The notes below the pieces were generated by a model. The model saw nothing but the letters and a program-made list of their open reading frames with translations. It had not been told where the DNA came from and made no database searches. A stretch of DNA of 64,000 bases from NCBI GenBank assembly GCA_040386535.1, contig JAZKFH010000003.1:64001-128000 (forward strand), read 5' to 3'. Position numbers and translations under genes: made by a program. Below, one piece after another: positions 1 through 9,765 of this stretch; positions within the stretch are counted from its first letter, which is position 1; every line of letters begins with the position of its first letter. This DNA is from Myxococcota bacterium. Its GTDB lineage: Bacteria > Myxococcota_A > UBA796 > SXON01.

Positions 1-2551
1 TCGAGTAGTACCGGGGCCGCAGCGGCGCGAGCATCGAGAGGAACGTGCCGAGCGGCAGCCGGCAGGCCGGCGCCTCCTCGAGCAGATCGAGCACCGTCCG
101 GTGCGGCTCGAGGACCCAGGCGCGGTAGCGCGCGACCGAGTCGACGTCGTCTCCGGCGAGCAGCTCCAGCTTGCGGCGCGTGTGCGGACAGGGCGTGTGC
201 TCCGCGAGCACGCGGATCTGCGGCCGGGTGGCGCGGTCGTGGAGCTCCACGTACTGCATGAAGAGGAGCGCGGCGCCGACCGGCTCCGCCGGGAACGAGG
301 TGGGGCCGGCGGGCGCGCAGGTCACGCGGAGGCGCGCGTCGAGGGTGAGGCCGAAGCGGGCGAGCGCGCGCTCTACGAGCGCGGGGGAGTTGTGAGGGAT
401 GACGCCCACGTGGTCGCCGGCGCGCCAGGACGTGCCGTCGGGCAGCTCCAGCTCGAGGTGGTGCGTGGAGCGCTCCGACGGGTCGGGCCCTGCGCGGCGC
501 TGGAGCTCCCGGTTCACGCGCACGCAGAAGGGTCGGGCCCCGAACGTGCGGACGAAGGGGTTGGGCACGGGCTCCGGGAGCACGTGCACGGTGACGGCGG
601 GCGGCGCCTCGACGGCGTCCCGCGGGCGGGCCTCCACCCCGAACGTGGCGCCGAGCGCGCCCCAGAGCTTGCCCTCCCAGCCGCGGAAGTCGCCGTCGAG
701 GTCGTCGCGCGCGTCGCCGATGCCGCGAGGGACCAGGCGCTGTCCGCCCAGCGCCGCGAGGCGCTCGTCGATCCGGCGGGGGACGGCCTGGAACGTGGAC
801 GCCCAGTCCCTGTGCCCGCACCCGAACACCGCGTAGCGGACGCCCCGCGCCGCGTCGCCGCGCTGCTCGTCGAGCCAGGCGCAGAAGCGCGTCGCGTTGT
901 CCGGCGGGGTGCCGTTGTAGGTCGAGCACACGATCACGACGGCGCCGTCGCGCGGCAGGGCCCCGACCGCGTCGTCGAGCGCGCCCGCGCGCGCCGCCCA
1001 CCCTCGCTCGCGCCCGGCCTCGGCGAAGCGCCGCGCGAACCCCTCGGAGGTGCCGAGGTTCGAGCCGAACAGCAACAGGAGCGGCGTGGCGTGGGTCGGC
1101 ACATCGAGGCGCGGCGCCTCCTGGCGGGGCGGGGCGGGCGCCTCCGCGGGGCGGGGAACCGCCGACTGGACGCGCCGGCGCACCACGAGCCGCAGCCCAT
1201 CGGGCTTGATCCCGCCGGCCTGCCGGAGTCGCAGGCGGTACCCGACCGGATCGACGAGGTCGAAACGTTGGAGGATCTTCGCGAGGGCGAGGGTCGCCTC
1301 CTGCATCGCGAAGTTGCGGCCGAGGCACGCGCGTTGGCCCGTGCCGAAGGGCATCCACGCGGCGGGGGGACGCGCGGCCTCGGCCTCGGGGTCGAAGCGG
1401 GACGGGTCGAAGCGCTCGGGGTCCGGGCCCCACACGGCGGGGTCGCGGTGCACGAGCGGGAGGAGCACACGCACGTCGTCCTCGGGCGTGATCGCCCACT
1501 TCCCGCCGAGCACCGTGGGGGCGCGGGGGCGGCGCGAGAACACCGACGCGGGCGGGTACAGGCGGAGCGCCTCCATCAGCACCTGCCGCACCTGGCGGAG
1601 CTGTCGCAGCTGCGCCGCGGTGGGCGCGGCGTCCACGTCGCCGCCCAGCACGGCGTCGACCTCGTCGCGCGCGCGGCTGCGGGCCTGCTCCTCGCGCAAC
1701 AGCAACGCGATCGTGAACGACAGGAGCGCGCTCGTCGTCTCGTGGCCGGCGATGAGGAAGGTGACAACCTGGTAGCGGATGTTCTCGTCCGAGAGGTGCT
1801 CGCCCGTGCGCGGATCCTGGGCCCACAGCGCCACGTCGAGGACGTCGCGCGGCGGCCCGGCGGGTGTGCCCGCGGCGCGGCGCTCGGCGATCAGCCGGTC
1901 GACGAGCGCGTACATCCCCTGCACGGCCGCCTCGAACCGCGCCTCGGCGTCGGGCGGCAGGGGCCGCGCGAACTGCCGCGCCTGCCCGATCGCGAGGGCC
2001 TCCGCGACCTGCTCGGCGAAGGGATGCGGCCGCTCCCGGTAGAAGGAGTTGAGGCGGTAGTCGAAGGCGCACAGGCACACGGTCTCGAGCGCGAACCGGA
2101 CGAGATCGTCGAGGACGTCGATCTCTTCGCCGGGGTTCAGCCGCTGCCACTTGAGGAGCAGCTGCTGCGTGGTGTCCCACATCTCGGGCAAGAACGCGCC
2201 GACCGGACCCGGCGCGAAAGCCGGCAGGAGCACACGATGGGCGCGGCCCCAGGCCGGCTCGTCCGTGTCCGCGGTGAAGAGCCCGTCGCCCGCGAAGCGA
2301 CGCGCCTCCGTGAGCGCGCGGATGCTCTTGTCGAAGCGCGCGTCCTCACACACCTCCGTCGCGAGGGCGACGGTCGAGACGTAGAGCACGCGGTGGCCGT
2401 CGGGGTCGATCGTCTCGAGCACGGGGCCCGCGCGGGACGCCGCCGCGACCAGCTCCTGGATGGGGGTCGGGGGCTCGCCCGGCATCGGCGCGCCTCCCCA
2501 GGAGAACGCGGCCGTGTCGGACTCCGTGGGGCGGTCCTCTTCCTCGTTCAC
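1..2551 (-). CDS. Bifunctional cytochrome P450 / NADPH-P450 reductase (CYP102/BM3-like), 3' end runs off the window
   Basis: Manual minus-strand translation (missing from the ORF track because no stop lies in the window): FAGDGLFT, FLIAGHETTS, heme motif PFGTGQRACLG, flavodoxin FGSNLGTSEGFA / STYNGTPPDNA / VFGCGHRDWASTF, then FAD-domain RSTHHLELELP. GTG start at 2551 follows GAGGAG. Confidence 0.93.
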   Translation of the reverse strand, partial: MNEEEDRPTESDTAAFSWGGAPMPGEPPTPIQELVAAASRAGPVLETIDPDGHRVLYVSTVALATEVCEDARFDKSIRALTEARRFAGDGLFTADTDEPAWGRAHRVLLPAFAPGPVGAFLPEMWDTTQQLLLKWQRLNPGEEIDVLDDLVRFALETVCLCAFDYRLNSFYRERPHPFAEQVAEALAIGQARQFARPLPPDAEARFEAAVQGMYALVDRLIAERRAAGTPAGPPRDVLDVALWAQDPRTGEHLSDENIRYQVVTFLIAGHETTSALLSFTIALLLREEQARSRARDEVDAVLGGDVDAAPTAAQLRQLRQVRQVLMEALRLYPPASVFSRRPRAPTVLGGKWAITPEDDVRVLLPLVHRDPAVWGPDPERFDPSRFDPEAEAARPPAAWMPFGTGQRACLGRNFAMQEATLALAKILQRFDLVDPVGYRLRLRQAGGIKPDGLRLVVRRRVQSAVPRPAEAPAPPRQEAPRLDVPTHATPLLLLFGSNLGTSEGFARRFAEAGRERGWAARAGALDDAVGALPRDGAVVIVCSTYNGTPPDNATRFCAWLDEQRGDAARGVRYAVFGCGHRDWASTFQAVPRRIDERLAALGGQRLVPRGIGDARDDLDGDFRGWEGKLWGALGATFGVEARPRDAVEAPPAVTVHVLPEPVPNPFVRTFGARPFCVRVNRELQRRAGPDPSERSTHHLELELPDGTSWRAGDHVGVIPHNSPALVERALARFGLTLDARLRVTCAPAGPTSFPAEPVGAALLFMQYVELHDRATRPQIRVLAEHTPCPHTRRKLELLAGDDVDSVARYRAWVLEPHRTVLDLLEEAPACRLPLGTFLSMLAPLRPRYYS

Positions 2552-2677
2552 AGGCTCCTCACGCTTCGACGGAGCTAGTCACCGGGGGGCGGGGAGCGAG
2601 CGCGCCGGCCGCCAGCCTGGCTTACCCCAAGCGCTGGCGGGTAGGAGCTCCCTGGGAACCCCTACCCCCGGACCTCA

Positions 2678-5587
2678 CTACTTGCCGATGTTGGACTGCG
2701 CGGCGGCGTTCACGAGCGCGGTCCGCTCCGCCTGCGTGATCGTACCGGCCGAACGCAGCGTGTTGGTCGTGTGCGTGACGCAGCTCACGTAGGCGCCGTG
2801 GTTCTTCCAGCTCGCCGTCGGCGAGCAGGTCTGCGCGGCCGAGCAGCCGTTGGTCAGGACCGGGGTGCGCGCCGGCGTGGCGGCGCACACGTCGCTTGCG
2901 TCCGAGACCCCGTCGCCGTCGTCGTCGGCGTCGCAAACGTCGCCGGTGCCGTCGCGGTCGGTGTCGGCCTGCGCGGCGTTCGCCGCGTAGTCGCAGTTGT
3001 CCGTGTCGTCGACGATGCCGTCACCGTCGCTGTCCGGCTCGCACAGGTTGCCGATGCCGTCGTGATCCGCGTCGGACTGGTCGGGGTTGGCGAGTCCCTC
3101 GCAGTTGTCGTCGCTCTCGCAGAGCCCGTCGCCATCGGCGTCGTTCTCGGGATCGACGGGACAGGCGTCGCGACAGTCCACGGCCCCGTCGGTGTCGGTG
3201 TCGAGGAAGTCGTCGGCGCCCGCACAGATGTCATCGCGATCGCAGGAGCCGTCGGCGTCGCTGTCGTCGTTCGCGTCGAGCGGGCAGATGTCCGACTCGC
3301 CGCAGACGCCGTCGAAGTCGGCGTCGTTGGTCGGGTCGTACGGGCAGAGCGTGTCGCACGCGTCGGGGATCGTGTCCGCGTCGGCGTCCGCGCGGTCGTC
3401 GCCGAGGCACACGTCGACATCGCCACACACGCCGTCGGCGTCGGCGTCGTTCGCCGTGTCGAGGGGGCAGAGGTCGCACGCGTCGGCGATGTCGTCGGTG
3501 TCGATGTCGGACAGATCGTCGCCGAGCGCGCAGACGTCGTCGCTGTTGCACACGGTGTCACCGTCGACGTCGTCAGCGCCCGCGCCGTCGTCGAAGTCGT
3601 GGGGGCAGGCGTCCTCGGCGGTGCAGAGGGTGTCGCCGTCCTGGTCGTTCAGCGCGTCGCCCGGACAGATGTCGCACGCGTCCGGGGCCAGATCGCCGTC
3701 GTCGTCGATAAAATCGCTGCCGTCGGGGCAGACGTCTACATCATCGGTCGCGCCGTCGCCGTCGGTGTCGTCCAGGCAGCCGTCGTCGTTGGTGTCCCAG
3801 CCGGAGGCATCCTCCGCGGGACAGAAGTCCAGGTCGTCGGTGAGCCCGTCCGCGTCGGTGTCGTCGAGGCAGCCGTCGAAGTCGGCGTCCCAGCCGGTGG
3901 CGTCCTCCGCGTCGCACTGGTCGGCGTTGTCGCCGACGGAGTCGCCGTCGCTGTCGACGGTCTCGCCGGCATCGCGCGGGAACGTGTCCGTCGCGTCGCC
4001 GACCCCATCGCCGTCCGTGTCGCGCTGCTCGGACGCATCGAGCGGGAACGCGTCGTGGTCGTCGATGGTCCCGTCCCCGTCGGAGTCGGCCTCGCACCCA
4101 TCGCCGATGCCGTCCTCGTCCAGGTCGGCCTGATCGGTGTTCTCGACGTCCTCGCAGTTGTCCTCGCTCTCGCACCAGCCATCCAGATCCGCGTCGTTCT
4201 CGGCGTCGTCCGGGCAGAGGTCGCACGAGCCGATCCCGTCACCGTCGGGAACGCCGTCGGCGTCAGCGTCCAGGCCGTCGTCCCACCCTTCGCAGCGGTC
4301 GAGCTCGTCGGGCACGAGGTCGTCGTCGCCATCGCGCGTGTAGTCGGCGTCGAAGGGGAAGTCGTCCAGGTCGTCGATCGTGCCGTCGCCGTCGGAGTCG
4401 GCCTCGCAGAGGTCGCCCACCCCGTCGGCGTCCGCGTCCGCCTGGTCGTCGTTCTCGATGTCCTCGCAGTTGTCCTCGGACTCGCACCAGCCGTCCACGT
4501 CGGCGTCGTTCTCGGAGTCGAGGGGACAGAGGTCGCAACCCGTCGGGACGCCGTCGGCGTCGGGATCGATGGTGTCGTCGGAGCCGGCGCACACGTCGTC
4601 GGCGTCGGGCACGCCGTCGTCGTCGGCGTCGACGTTGTCGATGCAGCCGTCGTCATCGGCGTCCTGGCCCGTGGCGTTCACGGTCGGACAGGCGTCCGTG
4701 CTGTTGGGGACGCCGTCGTTGTCGGTGTCGCCCGGGGTGTAGTTGAGCACGCCGTTGTCGCCGGAGCCCTCGAGCGAGTTGGAGAGCCCGTTGTTGCCGT
4801 AGGGGCCGGGCACCTTGCCGGTGGTGGTGCTGACGCCGGGAACGACGGCCTCGACGCCGTCGAAGATGCCATCGCCGTCGCTGTCGAGGTCGAGGTCGTC
4901 GGTGAGGTGGTCGCCGTCCGTGTCGCGCCCGCAAACGGGCGTGAAGGTGATCCCGTCGAGGAGGTTGCCTGTCGAGGCGCCGGCGAACGCGAAGCGCGTC
5001 GTCGTCTGGCCCGCGGGCACCGTGTAGATGCCGCTGAGGAAGCGCCACCCGTTGGCGGGCTTGAGGGTGTCCTGGAGGATGACGGGCAGGGCGCCAGCGG
5101 GGGCGCCTGCCTTGAATTGCATCGTCTCGGTGGTGTTGCGGGCCCGGTGGTAGATGCCGTAGGTGTAGGACGTGCCGGGGACGGTGGGGACGTCCTGGTA
5201 GAGGGTGGCGACCTGGTTTGCGTTGAGCTCGGCGACCTGCCGTCCGTCGGCGGCGGTGACGTTCTGGAAGCCGTTGGCCCAGATCTCGATTTTCCTGTCA
5301 GTCGCCGTCGTCGTCCAGCCGGGCACGAGGCTCTCGTCGATGATCAGGCCGGTGCCACTCGCGGTCGCCGGGACCTCGAAGCTCCCGTTGATGAGCGAGA
5401 TGTCGGCCGTGACACACTCGAGCTGGTCCGGCAGGCCGTCGTTGTCGTCGTCGAGGTCGGCGGCGTCCTGGATGCCGTCGCCGTCGGAGTCCGCGGCGAA
5501 CGCGGGCGTGGCGGCGCAGAGGCCGACCAGGGTGAGCAACCCGAAACGGCGCGAGAAGGGGGAAGGGACGAGCTTCGAGATGCGCAT
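2678..5587 (-). CDS. Secreted thrombospondin type-3 repeat protein with N-terminal beta-sandwich/carbohydrate-binding-like domain
   Basis: Signal peptide ending AFA-AD; INGSFE...PGWTTT...AELNA domain; many DxDxDG..D.C repeats; C-terminal WKNHGAYVSCV motif; AGGAG upstream of the ATG. Confidence 0.85.
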   Translation of the reverse strand: MRISKLVPSPFSRRFGLLTLVGLCAATPAFAADSDGDGIQDAADLDDDNDGLPDQLECVTADISLINGSFEVPATASGTGLIIDESLVPGWTTTATDRKIEIWANGFQNVTAADGRQVAELNANQVATLYQDVPTVPGTSYTYGIYHRARNTTETMQFKAGAPAGALPVILQDTLKPANGWRFLSGIYTVPAGQTTTRFAFAGASTGNLLDGITFTPVCGRDTDGDHLTDDLDLDSDGDGIFDGVEAVVPGVSTTTGKVPGPYGNNGLSNSLEGSGDNGVLNYTPGDTDNDGVPNSTDACPTVNATGQDADDDGCIDNVDADDDGVPDADDVCAGSDDTIDPDADGVPTGCDLCPLDSENDADVDGWCESEDNCEDIENDDQADADADGVGDLCEADSDGDGTIDDLDDFPFDADYTRDGDDDLVPDELDRCEGWDDGLDADADGVPDGDGIGSCDLCPDDAENDADLDGWCESEDNCEDVENTDQADLDEDGIGDGCEADSDGDGTIDDHDAFPLDASEQRDTDGDGVGDATDTFPRDAGETVDSDGDSVGDNADQCDAEDATGWDADFDGCLDDTDADGLTDDLDFCPAEDASGWDTNDDGCLDDTDGDGATDDVDVCPDGSDFIDDDGDLAPDACDICPGDALNDQDGDTLCTAEDACPHDFDDGAGADDVDGDTVCNSDDVCALGDDLSDIDTDDIADACDLCPLDTANDADADGVCGDVDVCLGDDRADADADTIPDACDTLCPYDPTNDADFDGVCGESDICPLDANDDSDADGSCDRDDICAGADDFLDTDTDGAVDCRDACPVDPENDADGDGLCESDDNCEGLANPDQSDADHDGIGNLCEPDSDGDGIVDDTDNCDYAANAAQADTDRDGTGDVCDADDDGDGVSDASDVCAATPARTPVLTNGCSAAQTCSPTASWKNHGAYVSCVTHTTNTLRSAGTITQAERTALVNAAAQSNIGK

Positions 5588-5694
5588 GCACTCTCCTGGT
5601 ACGGGGGAGACCGCCGGAGGGCCGGGGTCATCGCGAGTACCGGTGCAGGTCGCGCTTCGTTACCAGATGTCTCGAAGTTTCTCGGACGTCGGCG

Positions 5695-7077
5695 CTACGG
5701 CGGGGCGCCGAGGTCGGAGATCGCGAGGCCGAAGGTGTAGTATCCGAGCGGTGTCGCGTAGCGCTCGCACGCTTCCCACCGGCCGACGCCGGTCTGGGAA
5801 CACACGAGCAGGTCCAGGGCGCTCGACGCGACGAGCTCCAACACGCCGTCGTCGTCCAGGTCTGCCAGGGTCGCGTCATGGAACGCCAGCGTCCGGTCGC
5901 CGAACGCGTCCGCACAGGTGTACCCCCCCGCCCCGTCGCCGAGGCACAACCGGGGCATCGTCCCCTCGTTCACGCAGAGGACGTCGAGGTCGCCGCGCCC
6001 GTCCGCGTCGACGTACACGGGCGGCCCGCAGTCCGGGACGGGCTGGGTGCAGGCGTCGAGTCGTGCCTCCCCCACCCCGCGGCACTCCGACCAGCCTTCC
6101 TCATCGAGGACCAGCTCCTCGATGCCGTCGCCGTCGAGGTCAATCCCCTCCACCGTCGCCCACAGGTGCTCGCCGCCGGGGCGCGCGACGCAAGCATCGA
6201 ACCCTGCCGCGCCGTCGTTCTCACACCACACGAGCTCCGCGGAGCTGCGATTGACCGACGCGAGGTCGAGGTCGCCGTCCTGGTCCACGTCCACGACGCT
6301 CACGGTGGCCGCGTGCGCAAAGGGCAGGTCGGCGCAGCTGTAGCCGCCTGTCACCACCTGGAGGCACGCCTGCGCCCGCTCCCCGTAGGTGGTCCCCGGG
6401 ACGACCACGTCCACGAGGCCGTCGCCGTCGAGGTCGCCGAGGCGCAGCTCGCCGTCACCGTCGCCCGTGTAGCTGGAGCGGCCCGGGAAGAGGTCCGTGC
6501 ACGCGAGCCGATAGCCGTCGATCGGGCAGATCTGGGAGGCGAAGGTGTTGAAGGGGCCGACGAGGAGCTCGGGGACGAGGTCGCCGTCGACGTCCCCGAG
6601 GCTGTTCACGCCCGAGCCGCCCGCGTGGGCGTCCCGGCAGTCGAGGCCCTCTGCGCTCCCCCAGCAGACGGCCGCGTCGTCTCGCGGGTCGACCGGCAGG
6701 AGCACGATCTCCCGGTAGCCGTCCCCGGGGAGCGCGCAGTCCTCGTCGAGGTCGTCCGCGTCCCCGTCGCAGTCGGTGTCGCGCCCATCGGTGCAGTTCT
6801 CGTGCGCCCCGGGCCAGCTCGCGGGCCACGTGTCGTCACAATCGGCCGCATGGTCCCAGCCGTCCCCGTCCAGGTCGTCGTCCGGCGTCTCCGGCGTGCA
6901 GTCGTCGTCGACCTGGTTGTAGGCGAGCTCGGCGGCGTCGGGGGCCGCGGCGGGGTTGGCGTCGTCGCAGTCGCCCTCGGCCGGCGAGAAGCCGTCGCCG
7001 TCGCTGTCGCGCTCCACGAGGGCGGGTCGGAGCGCCTCGTTGGAGAGCGAGAGGCACGCCCCGAGGAGCAGGATCAC
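5695..7077 (-). CDS. Lipoprotein with putative metal-binding (MopE-like) repeats and FG-GAP/VCBS repeats
   Basis: C-terminal part of ORF 5695..7848. GTG at 7077 overlaps the caspase TGA. MILLLGAC lipobox, DSDGDGF..GDCDD repeats, GDVDGD/GDLDGDG repeats. Confidence 0.8.
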   Translation of the reverse strand: MILLLGACLSLSNEALRPALVERDSDGDGFSPAEGDCDDANPAAAPDAAELAYNQVDDDCTPETPDDDLDGDGWDHAADCDDTWPASWPGAHENCTDGRDTDCDGDADDLDEDCALPGDGYREIVLLPVDPRDDAAVCWGSAEGLDCRDAHAGGSGVNSLGDVDGDLVPELLVGPFNTFASQICPIDGYRLACTDLFPGRSSYTGDGDGELRLGDLDGDGLVDVVVPGTTYGERAQACLQVVTGGYSCADLPFAHAATVSVVDVDQDGDLDLASVNRSSAELVWCENDGAAGFDACVARPGGEHLWATVEGIDLDGDGIEELVLDEEGWSECRGVGEARLDACTQPVPDCGPPVYVDADGRGDLDVLCVNEGTMPRLCLGDGAGGYTCADAFGDRTLAFHDATLADLDDDGVLELVASSALDLLVCSQTGVGRWEACERYATPLGYYTFGLAISDLGAPP

Positions 7078-8585
7078 GGCCGCCAGCCCACGAGCAGGGC
7101 GGCGCGCGGCGTGAGGGTGCGGGCGCTGTCGACCGCGAGCACCGGCGCCTCCGCGCCCACGGTGAACAGGCCGACCCAGTGTGTGCGCTCGTAGCGGACG
7201 ATCGCGCCCGCGGTGACGACGGGGCCGAGCTGCACGCCGTCGGGCGTGAACCGGGCGAGCGCGCCCGTGCCGAGCTCCGGCCCGGCCGAGAGCGCGTCGC
7301 CCCAGGTCCAGCTCGCGAACGCGGTCGGGGTGACCGTCGGGAGCGAGCCCAGGTCGGACACGGGGCCCCAGGTGGGGAGGATCTGTACGCCCACCCCGGG
7401 CCGGCCGCCCCGCGGATCCGGCGGGCGGTACTCGCCGCGGAGGACGGGCGAGACGGCGGGGCTCAACGGATCGCCCAGCACGACCGGCGCCCACGCGGCG
7501 CCCACGGCGAGGGACAGATCCGCCTCGCGCCGATCGATGAGCCGCTCGAGCGAGACGCGGCTCCCGGGAGCGGCGTGTACGCGCCGGGCGAGCACGGTCT
7601 CCTCGTCCACGAGGACCTCCACGTCGTGCCACCCCCGCTCGAGGCCCCCGCCGCCGCGCGCGACCCCGTCCACGAGCACGGTCGCGCCCGCGGGCAGCGA
7701 CGCCAGCCCGGTGAGGATGGCCCGGCGCGCGCGTGTGCGCTGGGCATCGGTCCCCGTCAGGTAGATGGGGACCCGCCCCTCCTCCTCGACGCGGATCCAC
7801 GGCACCTGCAGCCCCGACGTGTACGTGAGCGTCCGGTCGCGCGCCCACTCGTGCGCCTCGCTCACGTCGACCAGGCCGTCCCCGTCGGCGTCACCCTCTC
7901 CCCTCAGCCCCTCGAGGAGGAAGTGTGTGTACACGCCGTTCTGGAGCGCCTCCGACTCCAACGCCGGGTCGAGCGGGCGCGCCGCGAACAGCTGCGCGTC
8001 CGAACGCCCGAGCTCGAGCAGGCCGGGTGTCGGCACCGCCCCCCGGGAGCGCTGGATCAAGGCGCGCGTGTCGGTGGACAGCCCGGAGCGCCCCTGCCCC
8101 GCGTGGCAGGCGTCCACGATGAGCGCGCGGCGGCGGGCGGGGAGCGCCGCGAGCCGCGCGGCGAGCGCGTCCTCGGCGAGGGCGGTGGAGCGGGGGGCGG
8201 ACAGCAGCGCGTCGCTCGGCAGGAGGTAGAGGTCGGACTCGCCGGTGGACAGATCGATCGTGCCGTGGCCGGCGAAGTAGAGGACGAAGAGGTCGTCGCG
8301 GTGGAGGCGGCGCCCCACGTCGTCCAGCACACTCTCGAGCGTCGCGCGGTCCACGCGCCCGTCGAGCAGCTGGACCTCGTCGAAGTCACCGAGGTTCGGG
8401 TCGCGGAGGAGATCGGCCACGTCGGTGGCGTCCTTGGCGGCGAAGCGGAGGTCGTTCAGCGTCGGGTCGTCGTAGGTGTCCACACCGACGACCACGGCGA
8501 CACGGCGGGACGCGCGCACAGCGCTCAGGCCCGCGGGGGCGGGCGTGGTGATGATGGCCGCGAGCGCTGCGCCGACGAAGATCAA
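7074..8585 (-). CDS. Caspase-family (peptidase C14) protein with PEGA-like and C-terminal beta-rich region
   Basis: VVVGVDTY..LRFAAKDA, YFAGHG (His), IVDACHAG (Cys), NGVYTHFLLEGLRGEGDADGDG. Hydrophobic N-terminus. TTG start overlaps the upstream TGA. Confidence 0.9.
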   Translation of the reverse strand: MIFVGAALAAIITTPAPAGLSAVRASRRVAVVVGVDTYDDPTLNDLRFAAKDATDVADLLRDPNLGDFDEVQLLDGRVDRATLESVLDDVGRRLHRDDLFVLYFAGHGTIDLSTGESDLYLLPSDALLSAPRSTALAEDALAARLAALPARRRALIVDACHAGQGRSGLSTDTRALIQRSRGAVPTPGLLELGRSDAQLFAARPLDPALESEALQNGVYTHFLLEGLRGEGDADGDGLVDVSEAHEWARDRTLTYTSGLQVPWIRVEEEGRVPIYLTGTDAQRTRARRAILTGLASLPAGATVLVDGVARGGGGLERGWHDVEVLVDEETVLARRVHAAPGSRVSLERLIDRREADLSLAVGAAWAPVVLGDPLSPAVSPVLRGEYRPPDPRGGRPGVGVQILPTWGPVSDLGSLPTVTPTAFASWTWGDALSAGPELGTGALARFTPDGVQLGPVVTAGAIVRYERTHWVGLFTVGAEAPVLAVDSARTLTPRAALLVGWRP

Positions 8586-9160
8586 CGGACCTCGACCTCC
8601 CAGGTGTCACAGGAGGGCGCGTCGCAACCCGCCGTCGCCGACGCGTGGAAGACGACACGTCCAGGGCGGTCGAAGGTCCAGGCGAGCAGCTCCTCGCCGG
8701 CGGACAGCATCGTGGCCTCCGTCGCGACGGTGATCGTGGAGAGCGGGGTGGGGGCGCCCGTCGGCTCCTCTGCCCACACGCGCACCTCGGCCGGCGCATC
8801 GGCGGCGACCTCGAAGAACACGGCCGTGCCGACGGCGACCGGCGCGCCGCGTCCGACCCGCTCAGGCGGATCCCCGACCGCGTAGAGGCGCAGCTCGACG
8901 CGCGCCGTGGGGCGATCGGCGGCTCCGCGCGCCGCAAGGACATCCGGCCTCGCGGGCGCCTCCTGTGACGGCAGGAGAGCGCGGACGGCCAACACCGCCG
9001 CGGCCGCCAGCGCGAGCGGCACGGCGGCGAGCGCGATCCATGGGCGCCGGCGTGCCGCGGGCGCGGCGGGCTCCGCGAACACGCGCGCCTCGTCGAGGGC
9101 GGGGGGGCCGCGCCGCGGGGTGAGCGCGCGTAGCGATCGGTCGAGCTCGTCGTCGTCCAT
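8582..9160 (-). CDS. Single-TM putative anti-sigma / ActD- or DUF4384-like membrane protein
   Basis: MDDDELDRSL N-terminus, RRR + TM helix WIALAAVPLALAAAAVLAV, then a periplasmic beta domain. Lies directly downstream of the ECF sigma gene. Confidence 0.65.
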   Translation of the reverse strand: MDDDELDRSLRALTPRRGPPALDEARVFAEPAAPAARRRPWIALAAVPLALAAAAVLAVRALLPSQEAPARPDVLAARGAADRPTARVELRLYAVGDPPERVGRGAPVAVGTAVFFEVAADAPAEVRVWAEEPTGAPTPLSTITVATEATMLSAGEELLAWTFDRPGRVVFHASATAGCDAPSCDTWEVEVR

Positions 9161-9191
9161 CACCCCTCGTACTCCCGGCGCCGCCGAATCG

Positions 9192-9704
9192 TTACACCAA
9201 CTCCCGGATCTTCTGCCGCGCGCGCGACAGGCGTGTGCGGACCGCCCCCGCGTCCATCCCGACGATCGGCGCGATCTCGCTCGGCTCGAAGCCCTCCGCG
9301 ACCAGCAACAGGATGGTGCGGTCCAGGCCCTCGAGCGCGAACAGGGCCTTGAGCAGCGTGAGCTTCGCCCCGACACGGTCCCGGTCGTCCACCAGGTCTT
9401 CCGCGAAGTCCTCCGGCACCGGGCGGCTCCACTGGTCGCGCCCGGCGTTGGCCGCCAGCGTGTACACCCACGCTCGGAAGGCCCGCTTCGGGTCATAGCT
9501 TGCGCGGAAGCGCCAGACGCGCGCCCACGTGTCCTGGAACGCGTCGTCCGCGACCGCCGCGCTCCCGAGGCGCCGCAGGAGGAACTTCCAGATCGGGTCC
9601 CGCCACCGCGCGAAGAGCACGTCGAACGCACGCCGATCGCTGGCCGAGACCGCCGCCATCAGTGCCTCGTCGGTCGCGGCGCTGTCGGCGCAGGTTGTGT
9701 CCAC
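9192..9704 (-). CDS. ECF RNA polymerase sigma-70 factor
   Basis: DEALM...AFDVLF, region 2 (ADDAFQDTW...FRAWVYTLAAN..RD), region 4 (EIAPIVGMDAGAVRTRLSRAR). Confidence 0.92.
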   Translation of the reverse strand: MDTTCADSAATDEALMAAVSASDRRAFDVLFARWRDPIWKFLLRRLGSAAVADDAFQDTWARVWRFRASYDPKRAFRAWVYTLAANAGRDQWSRPVPEDFAEDLVDDRDRVGAKLTLLKALFALEGLDRTILLLVAEGFEPSEIAPIVGMDAGAVRTRLSRARQKIRELV

Positions 9705-9765
9705 GCGAGGGGCCTATCGCGCCGCCCTACCGCGGACGGGCGCACGATTTCCCACAAATGACATT

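Noticed and set aside
101..2578. 825-aa plus-strand ORF
   Set aside because: Antisense shadow of the P450-reductase gene. It is Arg/Gly-rich with no motifs, and high GC suppresses stop codons.
2771..5740. 989-aa plus-strand Val-rich ORF
   Set aside because: Antisense shadow of the Asp-rich TSP3 gene (GAC read as GTC).
7078..7848. N-terminal extension of ORF 5695..7848, and similar extensions of ORFs at 8582, 17070, 17819, 18286, 26980, 29029, 30827, 34394, 35740 and 48055
   Set aside because: These overlap neighbouring real genes and are low-complexity R/G/A/P. Coupled or motif-supported starts lie downstream.
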